Positions 1 to 9,274 of a DNA stretch of 45,453 nucleotides are shown in pieces. The stretch lies in the sequence record OR911938.1; one strand, written 5' to 3'. The DNA is from Escherichia phage vB_EcoS_SD276. The translations under genes were made by a program, and so were the position numbers. The notes under the pieces were generated by a model, which was not told where the DNA came from, did no database searches, and worked only from the letters and a program-made list of their open reading frames with translations. How positions within the stretch are numbered: the first letter of the stretch is position 1; each line of letters begins with the position of its first letter.

Positions 1-76
1 TATAATCCCCCTTAGATGGCAGGGCCGTCTCCTATGTTGCCGATGGTCGGCGCATATGAACAAAAGGGCTTATATC

Positions 77-628
77 ATGGCAGAAATCAAAGTTAAGGGC
101 CGACGCGCCAAACTGGACGGACGAGTAGCAGTAACCCCGCGCCGTAAACCAGGCGAGCAAACCGAGCATACCAATCTCGGACCGGAAATCGAATACGGAA
201 AGCGCCGTAAAGGCGGCAAATGTGGACGCCCTACTGACTACCGTTCCGTTTACTGCGACCAGCTTCGCCGCTATTTTGCCGACGCCGACGCCTGGCAGGT
301 CAACTACTCCGATAAAGGCGCTGCGCAAGTAATCCCTCGCAACAAAATGCCAACCTTCGGACGATTTGCCGCGGAAATCGGCGTGGGCGTAGCCTGCCTG
401 TATCGCTGGGCGCGTGCACATGAGGAGTTTGCCGAGGCGATGGCGGACGCAATGGAGTTACAAAAAACCTTCCTGATGGAAGCTGGCGGTGTGACCATCG
501 CGGCGGGCTTCGCTACATTCCTGCTTAAAGCAAACCACGGCGTCCGCGACGATGTACCGCTGGATGACGACGAAGATGATAACGGCGACGTCGTTGTCGA
601 ACCTTCCGGCAAAGGCCAGGGTGAATAA
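77..628 (+). CDS. terS: terminase small subunit (alternative upstream ATG at 56)
   Basis: ORF immediately upstream of and overlapping (TAATG) the large terminase; HTH-like segment GRFAAEIGVGVACLYRWARAHEEF; acidic C-terminus; AAAGGG RBS 8 nt before ATG 77. Confidence 0.6.
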   Translation: MAEIKVKGRRAKLDGRVAVTPRRKPGEQTEHTNLGPEIEYGKRRKGGKCGRPTDYRSVYCDQLRRYFADADAWQVNYSDKGAAQVIPRNKMPTFGRFAAEIGVGVACLYRWARAHEEFAEAMADAMELQKTFLMEAGGVTIAAGFATFLLKANHGVRDDVPLDDDEDDNGDVVVEPSGKGQGE

Positions 629-2013
629 TGCGTAACTATGCGGCAGAACACCGCGCACTGGAACGCGCGATCGCAAAGCGCAACCGACCACCACGCCCTA
701 CACGCGTTGCGCAGGCTGTCCGCCTTTACCAGCCGGATTGCTTGCCGCACCAGGTTGAACTATTGCGCGACACGAAGACTAAAATCCTCGGCCTGTGTTC
801 CGGCTTCGGCGGTGGCAAGTCATGGGTTGCCGCACGTAAGGTCATCCAGCTTCTGACACTTAACCCTGGTTATGACGGCATCGTGACCGAACCGACTATT
901 CCACTCCTGGTTAAAATCATGTACCCGGAACTGGAGAAGGCATTCGACGAGGCTGGCTTCCGGTGGAAGTTCAATAAGCAGGACAAGATCTACAATGTGC
1001 TGGTGAAAGGCAAATGGACTCGCGTTATCTGTGAGTCAATGGAGAACTATACCCGCCTGATCGGTATCAACGCCGCGTGGATTGTTGCCGACGAGTTCGA
1101 CACCACGAAACAAGACGTTGCTATGGCGGCATACCACAAACTTCTCGGTCGTCTGCGTGCAGGCGTAGTCCGCCAGTTTGTTATAGTGTCCACGCCGGAA
1201 GGCTTCCGGGCGATGTACCAAATATTCGAGGTGGAGAAAGACAATCAGAAACGCTTGATCCGGGCGAAGACCACGGACAACCACCATTTACCGGCAGACT
1301 TTATCGACACGCTGCGTAGTCAATACCCAGCTAACCTGATCGACGCGTACCTGAACGGCCTGTTTGTTAACCTTACGTCGGGCGCGGTGTACAAGATGTT
1401 CAACCGCGAGGAGAACGCAAGCACCGAAGAAGTGCAGCCGGAAGACACGCTGATTATCGGTATGGACTTTAACGTCACGAAAATGGCGGCGGTCGTGTAC
1501 GTCAGACGGCAGCGAGTCACTGAGAACAAGGAGTTCCGCGACGAGATTCACGCGGTGGATGAATTTGTGGACCTGTTTGACACCCCGGCGATGATTGAGG
1601 CGATCGAGGAGCGCTACCCCGAACATTGTGCCGCCGGTCGTGTTGTCGTCTACCCGGACAGCAGTGGCAAGTCACGCAAGACTGTTAACGCTTCGTCGTC
1701 CGATATCGCACAACTGGAAGACGCGGGCTTCGATGTGGAATATGACAGCGTTAACCCGCCTGTTAAAGACCGATTGATCGCGATGAATACGATGATGTGC
1801 AACTCGAAGGGCGTGCGCCAGTATTTTGTCAACCTGGATAAATGCCCTACACTAGCGAAATGTCTGGAACAGCAGGTGTATGACCTGAAGAAAGGCGAAC
1901 CGGATAAGACCGCCGGTGTGGACCACATGAACGACGCCGCGGGCTATCCTGTTGCGCACCTGTTCCCTGTGATTCGACCGATCGCCGTTGTTCCTACCGT
2001 AGACTTCTACTAA
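628..2013 (+). CDS. terL: terminase large subunit
   Basis: 461 aa; Walker A-like GLCSGFGGGKS, Walker B-like WIVADEFD, C-terminal nuclease-like acidic residues; position between terS and portal. Confidence 0.85.
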   Translation: MRNYAAEHRALERAIAKRNRPPRPTRVAQAVRLYQPDCLPHQVELLRDTKTKILGLCSGFGGGKSWVAARKVIQLLTLNPGYDGIVTEPTIPLLVKIMYPELEKAFDEAGFRWKFNKQDKIYNVLVKGKWTRVICESMENYTRLIGINAAWIVADEFDTTKQDVAMAAYHKLLGRLRAGVVRQFVIVSTPEGFRAMYQIFEVEKDNQKRLIRAKTTDNHHLPADFIDTLRSQYPANLIDAYLNGLFVNLTSGAVYKMFNREENASTEEVQPEDTLIIGMDFNVTKMAAVVYVRRQRVTENKEFRDEIHAVDEFVDLFDTPAMIEAIEERYPEHCAAGRVVVYPDSSGKSRKTVNASSSDIAQLEDAGFDVEYDSVNPPVKDRLIAMNTMMCNSKGVRQYFVNLDKCPTLAKCLEQQVYDLKKGEPDKTAGVDHMNDAAGYPVAHLFPVIRPIAVVPTVDFY

Positions 2014-2024
2014 GGAAACCGACC

Positions 2025-3545
2025 ATGACCGTTAACGTTGACAACCAGCACCCGCTCTATGCGCGCATCGCGCCAGAGTGGAAAATGATCCGTGACTGCG
2101 TAGCAGGGGAGCGCGCCGTGAAGGCGTGCGGCCCATTATACCTGCCACACCCAGCAAGCGGCGACACCACCGACCCGAAATCACGGGCACGGTATAAGGC
2201 GTATAAGCAACGTGCTGTCTTCCTGAACGCCACCGCCCGCACACTGAATGCATTGTTAGGCGTTGCCTTCGCCAAGCCGGTGAGTATAGACCTTACTGGG
2301 GCAATGGCGGACCTGATTGATGACGTAGACGGCAGCGGTATGCCTCTGGCGCAACTCCTGCGCGGCGCTATGTCGGAAGTGCTGCAATCAGGCCGTGCCG
2401 GTTTTATGGTGGACTACGACCGCCAGGCTAACTTTGATGAACTTGGTAACGTAGTGCCGCAGACAGCCGCTGAGATGGCGGCACACCGCCCGCTTATCCG
2501 CCTGTATACGGCAGAGCAGATCATCAACTGGCGGCAGACCCACGGTGTCGACACGCTAATCGTGCTGAAGGAAACGGACGAAATCAGCACCGAAGACCCG
2601 GACGACTTCGCAAACCACGAGGTAACCATCTGGACCGAGCTTCGCATGATTGACGGCAAGGCACATGGTCGACGCTGGTTTTACAACGCGGACACGTCAG
2701 ACGTGCAGATGGACTTGCCGCGCGGCTTCACCCGCACCGACTTAGTGCCGCTGGTGGATGCCTCCGGTAATGCGCTTACTCAACTGCCATTTTGCTGGTG
2801 TGGTGCTGTGGACAACAACGCGACGCCGGACGCCGCACCGCTGGCGGATATTGCATCCATCAACATTAAGCACTACAACGCCGAAGCAGACGTCGCCGAG
2901 ATTGCGCACATTGTGGGCCAACCTACACTCATTGCGACCGGTCTGACCCAATCATGGGCCGATAAAAACCTGAAGGGCGGCATCGCACTAGGCGCGACTA
3001 AGGGCGTTATCCTGGGGCAGAACATGGACGCTAAACTTCTTCAGGCGGAGGAGCGCAACTTGTCTGTTGCCCTGTGTGAGCGTCGAGAATTGCAAATGGC
3101 TAAACTGGGCGCTGCCCTGGTTGAGAAAGGGACTGCACCTAAGACGGCAACCGAAGCGGCCTACGATGCGCAGACCGATAACAGTATCCTGTCGCTTATT
3201 GCCGGTAATGTTGAGAAGGCTTTCAACCGTGCGCTGCAAATCGTCCAGCTATTCACGGGAGACACCGCAACCCAGCAAGTCACGTTGAATAAGTTTTACA
3301 CCGAGATCACGGTAGACGCACAGCTTATGACCGCGATGATGGCAGGTGTGCAGACCGGTACTGTCCGACTGGCTGACTTTATCAAGTGGATGATGGCCCA
3401 GGGCGTCATTGATGACTCGCAAACCGTTGAGCAGGTGGAAGACGAATTGCGAAATCAGAATCCATTGCCTCAAATGTCCCCGGATGCGGTAGAATCTACC
3501 GAAGAAGACCCGGACAAGGTAGCGGACAATGGCGAAGACAATTAA
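2025..3545 (+). CDS. portal protein
   Basis: 506 aa ORF directly after terL, acidic C-terminal tail; size and synteny typical of portal. Confidence 0.75.
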   Translation: MTVNVDNQHPLYARIAPEWKMIRDCVAGERAVKACGPLYLPHPASGDTTDPKSRARYKAYKQRAVFLNATARTLNALLGVAFAKPVSIDLTGAMADLIDDVDGSGMPLAQLLRGAMSEVLQSGRAGFMVDYDRQANFDELGNVVPQTAAEMAAHRPLIRLYTAEQIINWRQTHGVDTLIVLKETDEISTEDPDDFANHEVTIWTELRMIDGKAHGRRWFYNADTSDVQMDLPRGFTRTDLVPLVDASGNALTQLPFCWCGAVDNNATPDAAPLADIASINIKHYNAEADVAEIAHIVGQPTLIATGLTQSWADKNLKGGIALGATKGVILGQNMDAKLLQAEERNLSVALCERRELQMAKLGAALVEKGTAPKTATEAAYDAQTDNSILSLIAGNVEKAFNRALQIVQLFTGDTATQQVTLNKFYTEITVDAQLMTAMMAGVQTGTVRLADFIKWMMAQGVIDDSQTVEQVEDELRNQNPLPQMSPDAVESTEEDPDKVADNGEDN

Positions 3546-4632
3546 TCAATATATGGCGGATCGAATGATCCGCCGGCACATCTTCACCCAGCGCCTGAGC
3601 AATGGCCAGGCGCGAAGGGTGCTGGCTATGTGGGAGAAATTCCGGCCTACATTACTGGGGAAGCTGACCGAGTTGCTTGATGGCAAAAAGTCCATGAATA
3701 ATAAGGCACTTTCCACGCTGTTAACGCAACTCGACAAGACCGTTAAAGCAGAATTGCGCACCGAGTTTAAGGTGTTGGCTGAAAGCCTTCAGGAGTTTGC
3801 CGACACGGAGGCTGATTATCTCGCCGACACATTAACGGCAGCGATCCAGCCGGTGGTCGCCGTACCTGCGGTCGAGGTGGTTGGCGTAGTGACCGGTGCG
3901 CAGATCGCAGCGACGGCTATGAAAAACCCGTTCCAGGGAAATACCATGATGCAATGGCCTGATTCATTGTCTGAGTGGGCCAGGACGCAGATCAGGAATC
4001 AGGTGCGCGCTGGATTCATCCAGGGCAAGCCAACTATGGAAATTATAGCGGACGTGAGGCGCGCGCTCGGCGGTCGTAGTGCGCAAGCCATCTCGAGCGT
4101 TGTTAAGTCCGCAGTCAACCACTATGCGGCGACAGCCCGCGAACTAATGGTAAAAGCAAATGACGATATTCTCGAAGGTCGCCAATGGTTATCTACATTG
4201 GACACGCATACTTCTCCCATGTGCCAGCTACGCGATCGCCTGTTTTATCCGGTTGATGTTACTCCCGACACCAAAGGAAAGCGCGGCGGGAAAGTGGTGG
4301 CTGGGTCACAATATGGCGCTGGTCCGGGCAAGTTGCATTACTGTTGCCGGTCGACGGAGACGTGGAAGGTTAAAGGCATGGAAGATTGGCCCAGTGGTAA
4401 GCGTCCGGCACTGAAGGCTGACGCGGGTCGATTGCTGAGTGAGCAGGTCGACGCGCAGACTGATTTCTTCTCATGGGTGCAGCGCCAGCCGCGCCATATC
4501 CTGGAAGAATTATACGGAGTGCAACGCGCCGACCAGATTATGCGCGGCGTGAAAGTGCCAAAGATGTTCACCGATTCCGGCGAACTGATGACTATTGCAC
4601 AGCTTAAAAACCGGGGGTTGTGGCGTGATTAA
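3529..4632 (+). CDS. minor head / head morphogenesis protein (Mu F / SPP1 gp7-like)
   Basis: 367 aa after portal; C-terminal motif LSTLDTHTSPMCQLRDRLFYPVD resembles the Mu F-family domain. Confidence 0.6.
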   Translation: MAKTINQYMADRMIRRHIFTQRLSNGQARRVLAMWEKFRPTLLGKLTELLDGKKSMNNKALSTLLTQLDKTVKAELRTEFKVLAESLQEFADTEADYLADTLTAAIQPVVAVPAVEVVGVVTGAQIAATAMKNPFQGNTMMQWPDSLSEWARTQIRNQVRAGFIQGKPTMEIIADVRRALGGRSAQAISSVVKSAVNHYAATARELMVKANDDILEGRQWLSTLDTHTSPMCQLRDRLFYPVDVTPDTKGKRGGKVVAGSQYGAGPGKLHYCCRSTETWKVKGMEDWPSGKRPALKADAGRLLSEQVDAQTDFFSWVQRQPRHILEELYGVQRADQIMRGVKVPKMFTDSGELMTIAQLKNRGLWRD

Positions 4633-4954
4633 ATATGCAGCGATTGGACTGGTTATCGGTCTGGCGGTAGGATTCTGGCTAGGCGACTCCTATCGCGCTG
4701 GCGTAGTGGCGGGGGCGGCGCAAGAAGCGCAAGCCCAAGCCCAACGGCAGCAAACTAAAGTTGTTGAGCGCTCCGTGCAGGCCGAACAAGCCCGCGACGT
4801 AGAATACCGGACTATCACGAAAGAGGTTGTTAAATATGTTACGCGCCCTAACCGCCCTGATTGTAGTTTTGATGCTGAGCGCGTGCGGATCAAGCAACGC
4901 GCCGTTGATGCCGCTAACGGAGTCGGCACTGCGACCGCCGTGCAAGTTCGATAG
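4595..4954 (+). CDS. i-spanin (Rz-like); start may be GTG at 4625
   Basis: N-terminal transmembrane helix IKYAAIGLVIGLAVGFWLG followed by Q/A-rich coiled-coil segment; contains an out-of-frame lipoprotein ORF. Confidence 0.5.
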   Translation: MHSLKTGGCGVIKYAAIGLVIGLAVGFWLGDSYRAGVVAGAAQEAQAQAQRQQTKVVERSVQAEQARDVEYRTITKEVVKYVTRPNRPDCSFDAERVRIKQRAVDAANGVGTATAVQVR

Positions 4955-5066
4955 ACCGTCCGCAGACCCCGACGAAGATTTGATGATTGACGTGAAAAAT
5001 ATGGAATGCGGGGCGAAGCTAAGGGCGCAGGTGCTGGAGTTGCAGCAAATAATTAAGGGGCCATAA
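4827..5066 (+). CDS. o-spanin (Rz1-like outer-membrane lipoprotein), overlapping the Rz-like gene in another frame
   Basis: Signal peptide with lipobox LSAC-G, short Pro-containing mature part, embedded in and extending past the i-spanin ORF. Confidence 0.5.
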   Translation: MLNMLRALTALIVVLMLSACGSSNAPLMPLTESALRPPCKFDRPSADPDEDLMIDVKNMECGAKLRAQVLELQQIIKGP

Positions 5067-5079
5067 TGGCCCCTTTTTC
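5057..5079. terminator. bidirectional intrinsic terminator (GGGGCC-ATAAT-GGCCCC + T5)
   Basis: Perfect 6-bp GC stem with T-run; sits between convergent genes. Confidence 0.65.
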
Positions 5080-5080
5080 G

Positions 5081-5845
5081 TTAGCGCGGAATGCCGCAAA
5101 TCTCGTTGAGTGTTTTCACATCCAGCGCCACCGCCGTGGATTTTGGCTTGTCCGGGTATGGGATGAATTGCTCAACTTCAGGCCATGCCTTAATCAGCTT
5201 CTTGTCAGTGTTGTGCAGGTCCAGCACACCGGTAACGGTGAGTTTGAACGCATCATACTTCGCGCGCAACTCGCGACGGGCCTTGTCGTTGCGGTCCAGG
5301 CGCTTACAGAAGTCATGGTCCGCCGGGTAATCAACGCGACCGCGTGGGAGATATATCGGCAGCGCTTTCCCATCCTCGTCCACTTCGCACACTGACGCGA
5401 GCATAACTGTCTCGAACCCCGGAACGATATCGCCGAGATCAGGCGCGAGCTTATTCATATATTTCTCTTCCCAGTATCCGCGATGTACGCGGTATTGGCG
5501 ACCGTCACCGCTCAAGGACAAGGTGCGAACATTTCCGCCTGCGTTGATTTCGAAAGTGGCGTCGTAAACGCTGCCGATACCTTTCGGGCGGTCGGTGTTA
5601 TAACTATACGTCGCCTTGTTGGTGTATACGCTGACGCCGTACATCTGCGACTGGTCATCGCGGATTGACAGGATATGCTCGCGTAGCGAGGCGAATGTGC
5701 GAATGCCGTCCGGCATACAGTCCAGCGTGATTGCGTACGCCAGGTCGCGAGAGTCCATCATGATTGTTTTGGCTACGGTAGCGATTTCGTGGTCGCGCAG
5801 GATGTTAGCCAGGATCTGATTTTTAATGTCTTTTGTCAGTCTCAT
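5081..5845 (-). CDS. hypothetical protein (254 aa), antisense cassette gene 2
   Basis: Long ORF on opposite strand to flanking late genes, RBS GAGGACACAAAA-ATG, ends at bidirectional terminator 5057-5079. Confidence 0.6.
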   Translation of the reverse strand: MRLTKDIKNQILANILRDHEIATVAKTIMMDSRDLAYAITLDCMPDGIRTFASLREHILSIRDDQSQMYGVSVYTNKATYSYNTDRPKGIGSVYDATFEINAGGNVRTLSLSGDGRQYRVHRGYWEEKYMNKLAPDLGDIVPGFETVMLASVCEVDEDGKALPIYLPRGRVDYPADHDFCKRLDRNDKARRELRAKYDAFKLTVTGVLDLHNTDKKLIKAWPEVEQFIPYPDKPKSTAVALDVKTLNEICGIPR

Positions 5846-5884
5846 TTTTGTGTCCTCATTATTGGGGCTTTCGCCCCGATTGGT

Positions 5885-6199
5885 TTAGTTGAATTTGATG
5901 TTGCCACCGGTGGAAGTTAAGCGGGCACATACAGCTTCAACGGCATCGACGCACATGAAATCGTTAAAGGCTTCGACCAGGGAGTTTATGAAAGATGCCG
6001 GAACCAGGCCGCAAGCCGGATTATCGAATATCGCGGAGTTGATCGCCGCTTTTGCCGCTTCAGAAGCATTCATGCTCTGGCACAGATTCAGCGCTTCAGC
6101 GTTACGCATTGCGTGAAAGGTAAAGGTATTCGCTACGGTAGCTTTATTGAAACGGGCCATTGCGGCGTCTACTGGAGTTGCTACGGTCATGTTAGTCAT
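5885..6199 (-). CDS. hypothetical protein (~105 aa), antisense cassette gene 1
   Basis: ORF with RBS AAGGAAGACAAA-ATG downstream of a sigma70-like promoter (6235-6264, minus). Confidence 0.5.
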   Translation of the reverse strand: MTNMTVATPVDAAMARFNKATVANTFTFHAMRNAEALNLCQSMNASEAAKAAINSAIFDNPACGLVPASFINSLVEAFNDFMCVDAVEAVCARLTSTGGNIKFN

Positions 6200-6234
6200 T
6201 TTGTCTTCCTTCATATCTCTGTTGGTGTGCAACC

Positions 6235-6264
6235 AATATACCGCAACCAACATTCGCAATGCAA
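6235..6264 (-). promoter_or_regulatory. sigma70-like promoter for antisense cassette (TTGCAT-N18-TATATT)
   Basis: Hexamers read on minus strand; followed by GGTTGCACACCAAC and RBS. Confidence 0.5.
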
Positions 6265-6271
6265 GCGAATT

Positions 6272-6299
6272 TTGCGATTATTTTTATCGCTGATAATAT
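6272..6299 (+). promoter_or_regulatory. possible promoter upstream of scaffold gene (TTGCGA-N16-TAATAT)
   Basis: Hexamer match by eye, divergent from the antisense cassette promoter. Confidence 0.3.
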
Positions 6300-6353
6300 T
6301 AAGGCGTGAAGTCAAGCGGGTGGCCCGCTTTGCCACAATCCCAGGGGGATAGC

Positions 6354-7058
6354 ATGAAACTTACTAAAGCAGAATATGACGCGTTGCCAGAAGGCATGAA
6401 GGCTTTATTTGTTGCCGATGGCGATGGGTATAAATCCACGTTCATGACCGCCGAAGAAGTACAGGCGGAGATCAAGGGTCTGAAAGACAACAACGCGAAG
6501 CTGGTTAGCGAGAAGAAAGCAGAAGCCGAACGTCGCGCCGAAGCCGAGCGCCTTGCGAAAGAGAAAGAGGAAGCCGCCGCGCGCAAAAATGGCGACCTCG
6601 AAGCGATCGATAAGTCCTGGAAAGATAAGTTCGCAAAACATGAAGCGGACACATCTGGGAAGATCGAAGCCTACCGCAAGCAGATCCACGACCTAACCAT
6701 CGGCAGCGCTGCCAAAGATTTGGCCTCGAAGCTGTTCGGTAAGAATGCAGGCATCATGCAACGCCACGTTATGGACCGCCTCACGCTGGAAGACGGCGAA
6801 GACGGCAGCCTGAAGGTGCGGGTACTGAAGGACGGCAAACCATCCGCGCTGACTATGGAAGAACTGGAGAAAGAATTCCGTAGTAACGCCGATTTTGCAT
6901 CCGTCCTGGCGGGCACGCCAGCCGGCGGTGCGCCGAGCAAACCGACGCAGGTCGTAGAAGATGTGAAGTCGAAAATCACTATGGGCCACAGCTTCGGTAT
7001 CGCTGACTTGACGAAACAGGCAGGGGATATCATCGCTAAAATGGGCGACGACGAGTAA
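6354..7058 (+). CDS. head scaffolding protein
   Basis: Charged coiled-coil-like protein (KKAEAERRAEAERLAKEKEEAAARK) immediately upstream of major capsid gene; RBS AGGGGGA. Confidence 0.6.
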   Translation: MKLTKAEYDALPEGMKALFVADGDGYKSTFMTAEEVQAEIKGLKDNNAKLVSEKKAEAERRAEAERLAKEKEEAAARKNGDLEAIDKSWKDKFAKHEADTSGKIEAYRKQIHDLTIGSAAKDLASKLFGKNAGIMQRHVMDRLTLEDGEDGSLKVRVLKDGKPSALTMEELEKEFRSNADFASVLAGTPAGGAPSKPTQVVEDVKSKITMGHSFGIADLTKQAGDIIAKMGDDE

Positions 7059-7062
7059 GCAG

Positions 7063-7087
7063 ATCGCCCGCGAAAGCGGGCGATTTT
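7063..7087 (+). terminator. intrinsic terminator/attenuator after scaffold gene
   Basis: ATCGCCCGC-GAAA-GCGGGCGAT followed by TTTTG. Confidence 0.5.
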
Positions 7088-7155
7088 GCGAGCGCGTAAA
7101 TCTAAGGTAACATTAACGACACTGAGCGAATGCTCACAACTCAAAGGATTCTAAT

Positions 7156-8256
7156 ATGTCTTTAACAGTGTTCCAGCGTAAACTCGTCACCGCGGTTACG
7201 CAAATGATTCCCGATAACCTGAACGTGTTCAACGCTGCCGCTAACGGCGCTGTTGTTCTCGGCACGGGTGAAGTGCTGAAGGACGTTGTAGAAAAAATGT
7301 CCGTAGGCTTGATCGCCAACCTCGTTACCGACCGTAACGCCTACGCCCCTGTCGGTACTCCGGCGACCGCAAAAGTTCTGGCGCGTATGCTGACCAACTC
7401 GGTTAACCTTTCCGCGAAAGTGGGTCCGGTAGCAATCACTAAGGCCATGATGGCTAAGATTGAAACCAACGTTAACAGCGTTGCGGCTGAGATTGCGGCA
7501 CAGGCTACTCAAGCGATTATGCTGCATTACCTGAAGGCCGGTATTGGCGCGAGTAAAGCAGCGATCGAAAGCAACGAAGCGGCAAAATACACCCAACCGG
7601 CGCGCGTTGACGGCGTTGGTGGTCGTACCTTCCCGACCCTGGCAGACTTCCCGCTGGCGGCTTCCAAGTTCGGCGATCAGGCGTCTTTGATTAAATCCTG
7701 GTTTATGGACGGCGTTACCTGGGCAAACTTCATCGCTTACCAGGCGCTTCCATCTGCCGAGCAGGTATTCGCGATCGGCGATCTGCAGGTAATGGGCGAT
7801 GGCCTGGGCCGCCGTTTCATTATCTCCGATGCCGCTGCCGATGCAATGGGTGCGGGTAAAATGCTGGGTCTGGTCCCTGGCGCGGTTGCAGTTACCACCA
7901 ACGGCCTTGATATGCTGGCGCAGGAAAAAGGCGGTAACGAGAACATTGAGCGCTGGTGGCAGGGTGAGTTCGACTTCAACGTGGCTGTTAAAGGCTATCG
8001 TCTGAAGGCGTCCGCTCGCACTCCGATCGAAGGTGTGCGCTCGTTCAAACTGGGCGATATCACCACTTCCGCTAACTGGGAACTGGACCAGGGCCAGGTA
8101 GACAACGCACCGGCAACCGTTCAGGATGTTGGCGCTGTTGGTGACGGCGATACTAAAGGCCGTCGTAAGACCCAGGCTGCGCAGGAAGTGCCGACCCGTC
8201 ACATCAAGGAAACGGCGGGCGTACTGGTTACGCTGACCCCGACCAAAGCGTCCTGA
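7156..8256 (+). CDS. major capsid protein
   Basis: 366 aa ORF after scaffold with strong RBS AAAGGA and followed by a strong terminator; position and size. Confidence 0.7.
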   Translation: MSLTVFQRKLVTAVTQMIPDNLNVFNAAANGAVVLGTGEVLKDVVEKMSVGLIANLVTDRNAYAPVGTPATAKVLARMLTNSVNLSAKVGPVAITKAMMAKIETNVNSVAAEIAAQATQAIMLHYLKAGIGASKAAIESNEAAKYTQPARVDGVGGRTFPTLADFPLAASKFGDQASLIKSWFMDGVTWANFIAYQALPSAEQVFAIGDLQVMGDGLGRRFIISDAAADAMGAGKMLGLVPGAVAVTTNGLDMLAQEKGGNENIERWWQGEFDFNVAVKGYRLKASARTPIEGVRSFKLGDITTSANWELDQGQVDNAPATVQDVGAVGDGDTKGRRKTQAAQEVPTRHIKETAGVLVTLTPTKAS

Positions 8257-8274
8257 TCTACGCACATCCCAAAT

Positions 8275-8299
8275 GGGCGGGCTTATGCCCGCCTTTTTT
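8275..8299 (+). terminator. intrinsic terminator after major capsid gene
   Basis: GGGCGGGC-TTAT-GCCCGCC followed by TTTTTT. Confidence 0.7.
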
Positions 8300-8314
8300 A
8301 TAGGAGTGAATACA

Positions 8315-8815
8315 ATGTATGGCGACCCGCAAACCTTTGTTGATTATGCCGCAACGCGAGGCGTTGAAGTCACGCTGAGCGATGCAACGCGACACCTCAC
8401 CGTCGTTAATGACTTCCTTAACGGCATCAACTGGATCGGCGAACCCGCAGACCAGACCGGCATCGACGCATGGCCCCGCCTTAATTACCAGTCGGACGGT
8501 AAGCCGGTGCGCGACACGCTCACTGAAGTTTTGGCAGTAGTGCCTGCAGGGCAAATCGTAGACTTCGCATCAATCCCCGTTGCCGTTGAGCAAGCCGTTT
8601 ACAGGTTGGCGATGTTAGTGGCGGACGAGGTCGATATTTCTCCGGTTGGCAGTGGTAAGGAGACTATCCGCGAAACTGTTGGCCCGATCACGATGGAATA
8701 TGACCCTGCGACGATTGGTAGCGGTGTTTCGTTCCCGTGGTGGGATGGCTTGCTGGGGCACTGGATTGACGCAGACGGCAACGCAGCGGGTAATTTTGAC
8801 GTATTCCGGGGGTGA
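8315..8815 (+). CDS. head-tail connector / adaptor protein (putative)
   Basis: Position after capsid gene; RBS GGAG; track ORF start at 8273 lies inside the upstream terminator hairpin so start moved to ATG 8315. Confidence 0.4.
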   Translation: MYGDPQTFVDYAATRGVEVTLSDATRHLTVVNDFLNGINWIGEPADQTGIDAWPRLNYQSDGKPVRDTLTEVLAVVPAGQIVDFASIPVAVEQAVYRLAMLVADEVDISPVGSGKETIRETVGPITMEYDPATIGSGVSFPWWDGLLGHWIDADGNAAGNFDVFRG

Positions 8816-8816
8816 T

Positions 8817-8933
8817 ATGAATCCTGCATTACTGGCGGCTATTATCGCCGCAAATACTAAACGCCAACCAGAACCGGAACCAGCGCCAGAACCGGAACCA
8901 CCGGTACAGGAGGATGATAATGGCGGGCTTTAA
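8817..8933 (+). CDS. small hypothetical protein (38 aa, Pro/Glu-rich)
   Basis: Short ORF MNPALLAAIIAANTKRQPEPEPAPEPEPP between connector genes; no other support. Confidence 0.25.
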   Translation: MNPALLAAIIAANTKRQPEPEPAPEPEPPVQEDDNGGL

Positions 8934-9273
8934 TTACGCTGGCTTGAAGCGGAAAGTCAATCCGCTGATTAAAAAGTTCGGAATGACGGCTACGGTGACG
9001 CGTCCTGGTACAGTCGACCGCGTAGACGGCGACGAAGTTGTCATCCCTCCGACCTCGTTTGACGTCATCGGACTTCGCGAGGAGTACAAGCCAAGCGAGA
9101 TCGACGGGACGCGTATCGTTGCCGGGGATGTGAAGTTTTTGTGCCAGGCAGTAAAGCCGGTGCAGGTCGGGGATTTGGTTAGCCTGAACAATACAGACTA
9201 CAGGGTCATCAATCCAAACCCACTGCAACCGGCTGGAACAACCATGCTGTTTCAACTACAGCTAAGGGGTTAA
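8920..9273 (+). CDS. head-tail joining / head closure protein (putative)
   Basis: ATG 8920 is 6 nt after AGGAGG; small protein in neck-gene position. Confidence 0.45.
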   Translation: MAGFNYAGLKRKVNPLIKKFGMTATVTRPGTVDRVDGDEVVIPPTSFDVIGLREEYKPSEIDGTRIVAGDVKFLCQAVKPVQVGDLVSLNNTDYRVINPNPLQPAGTTMLFQLQLRG

Positions 9274-9274
9274 C

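Noticed and set aside
7162-8265. 367-aa ORF on the minus strand mirroring the major capsid gene
   Set aside because: Exactly antisense to a well-supported structural gene with RBS and terminator; no RBS or promoter of its own; typical spurious long antisense ORF in GC-rich coding DNA
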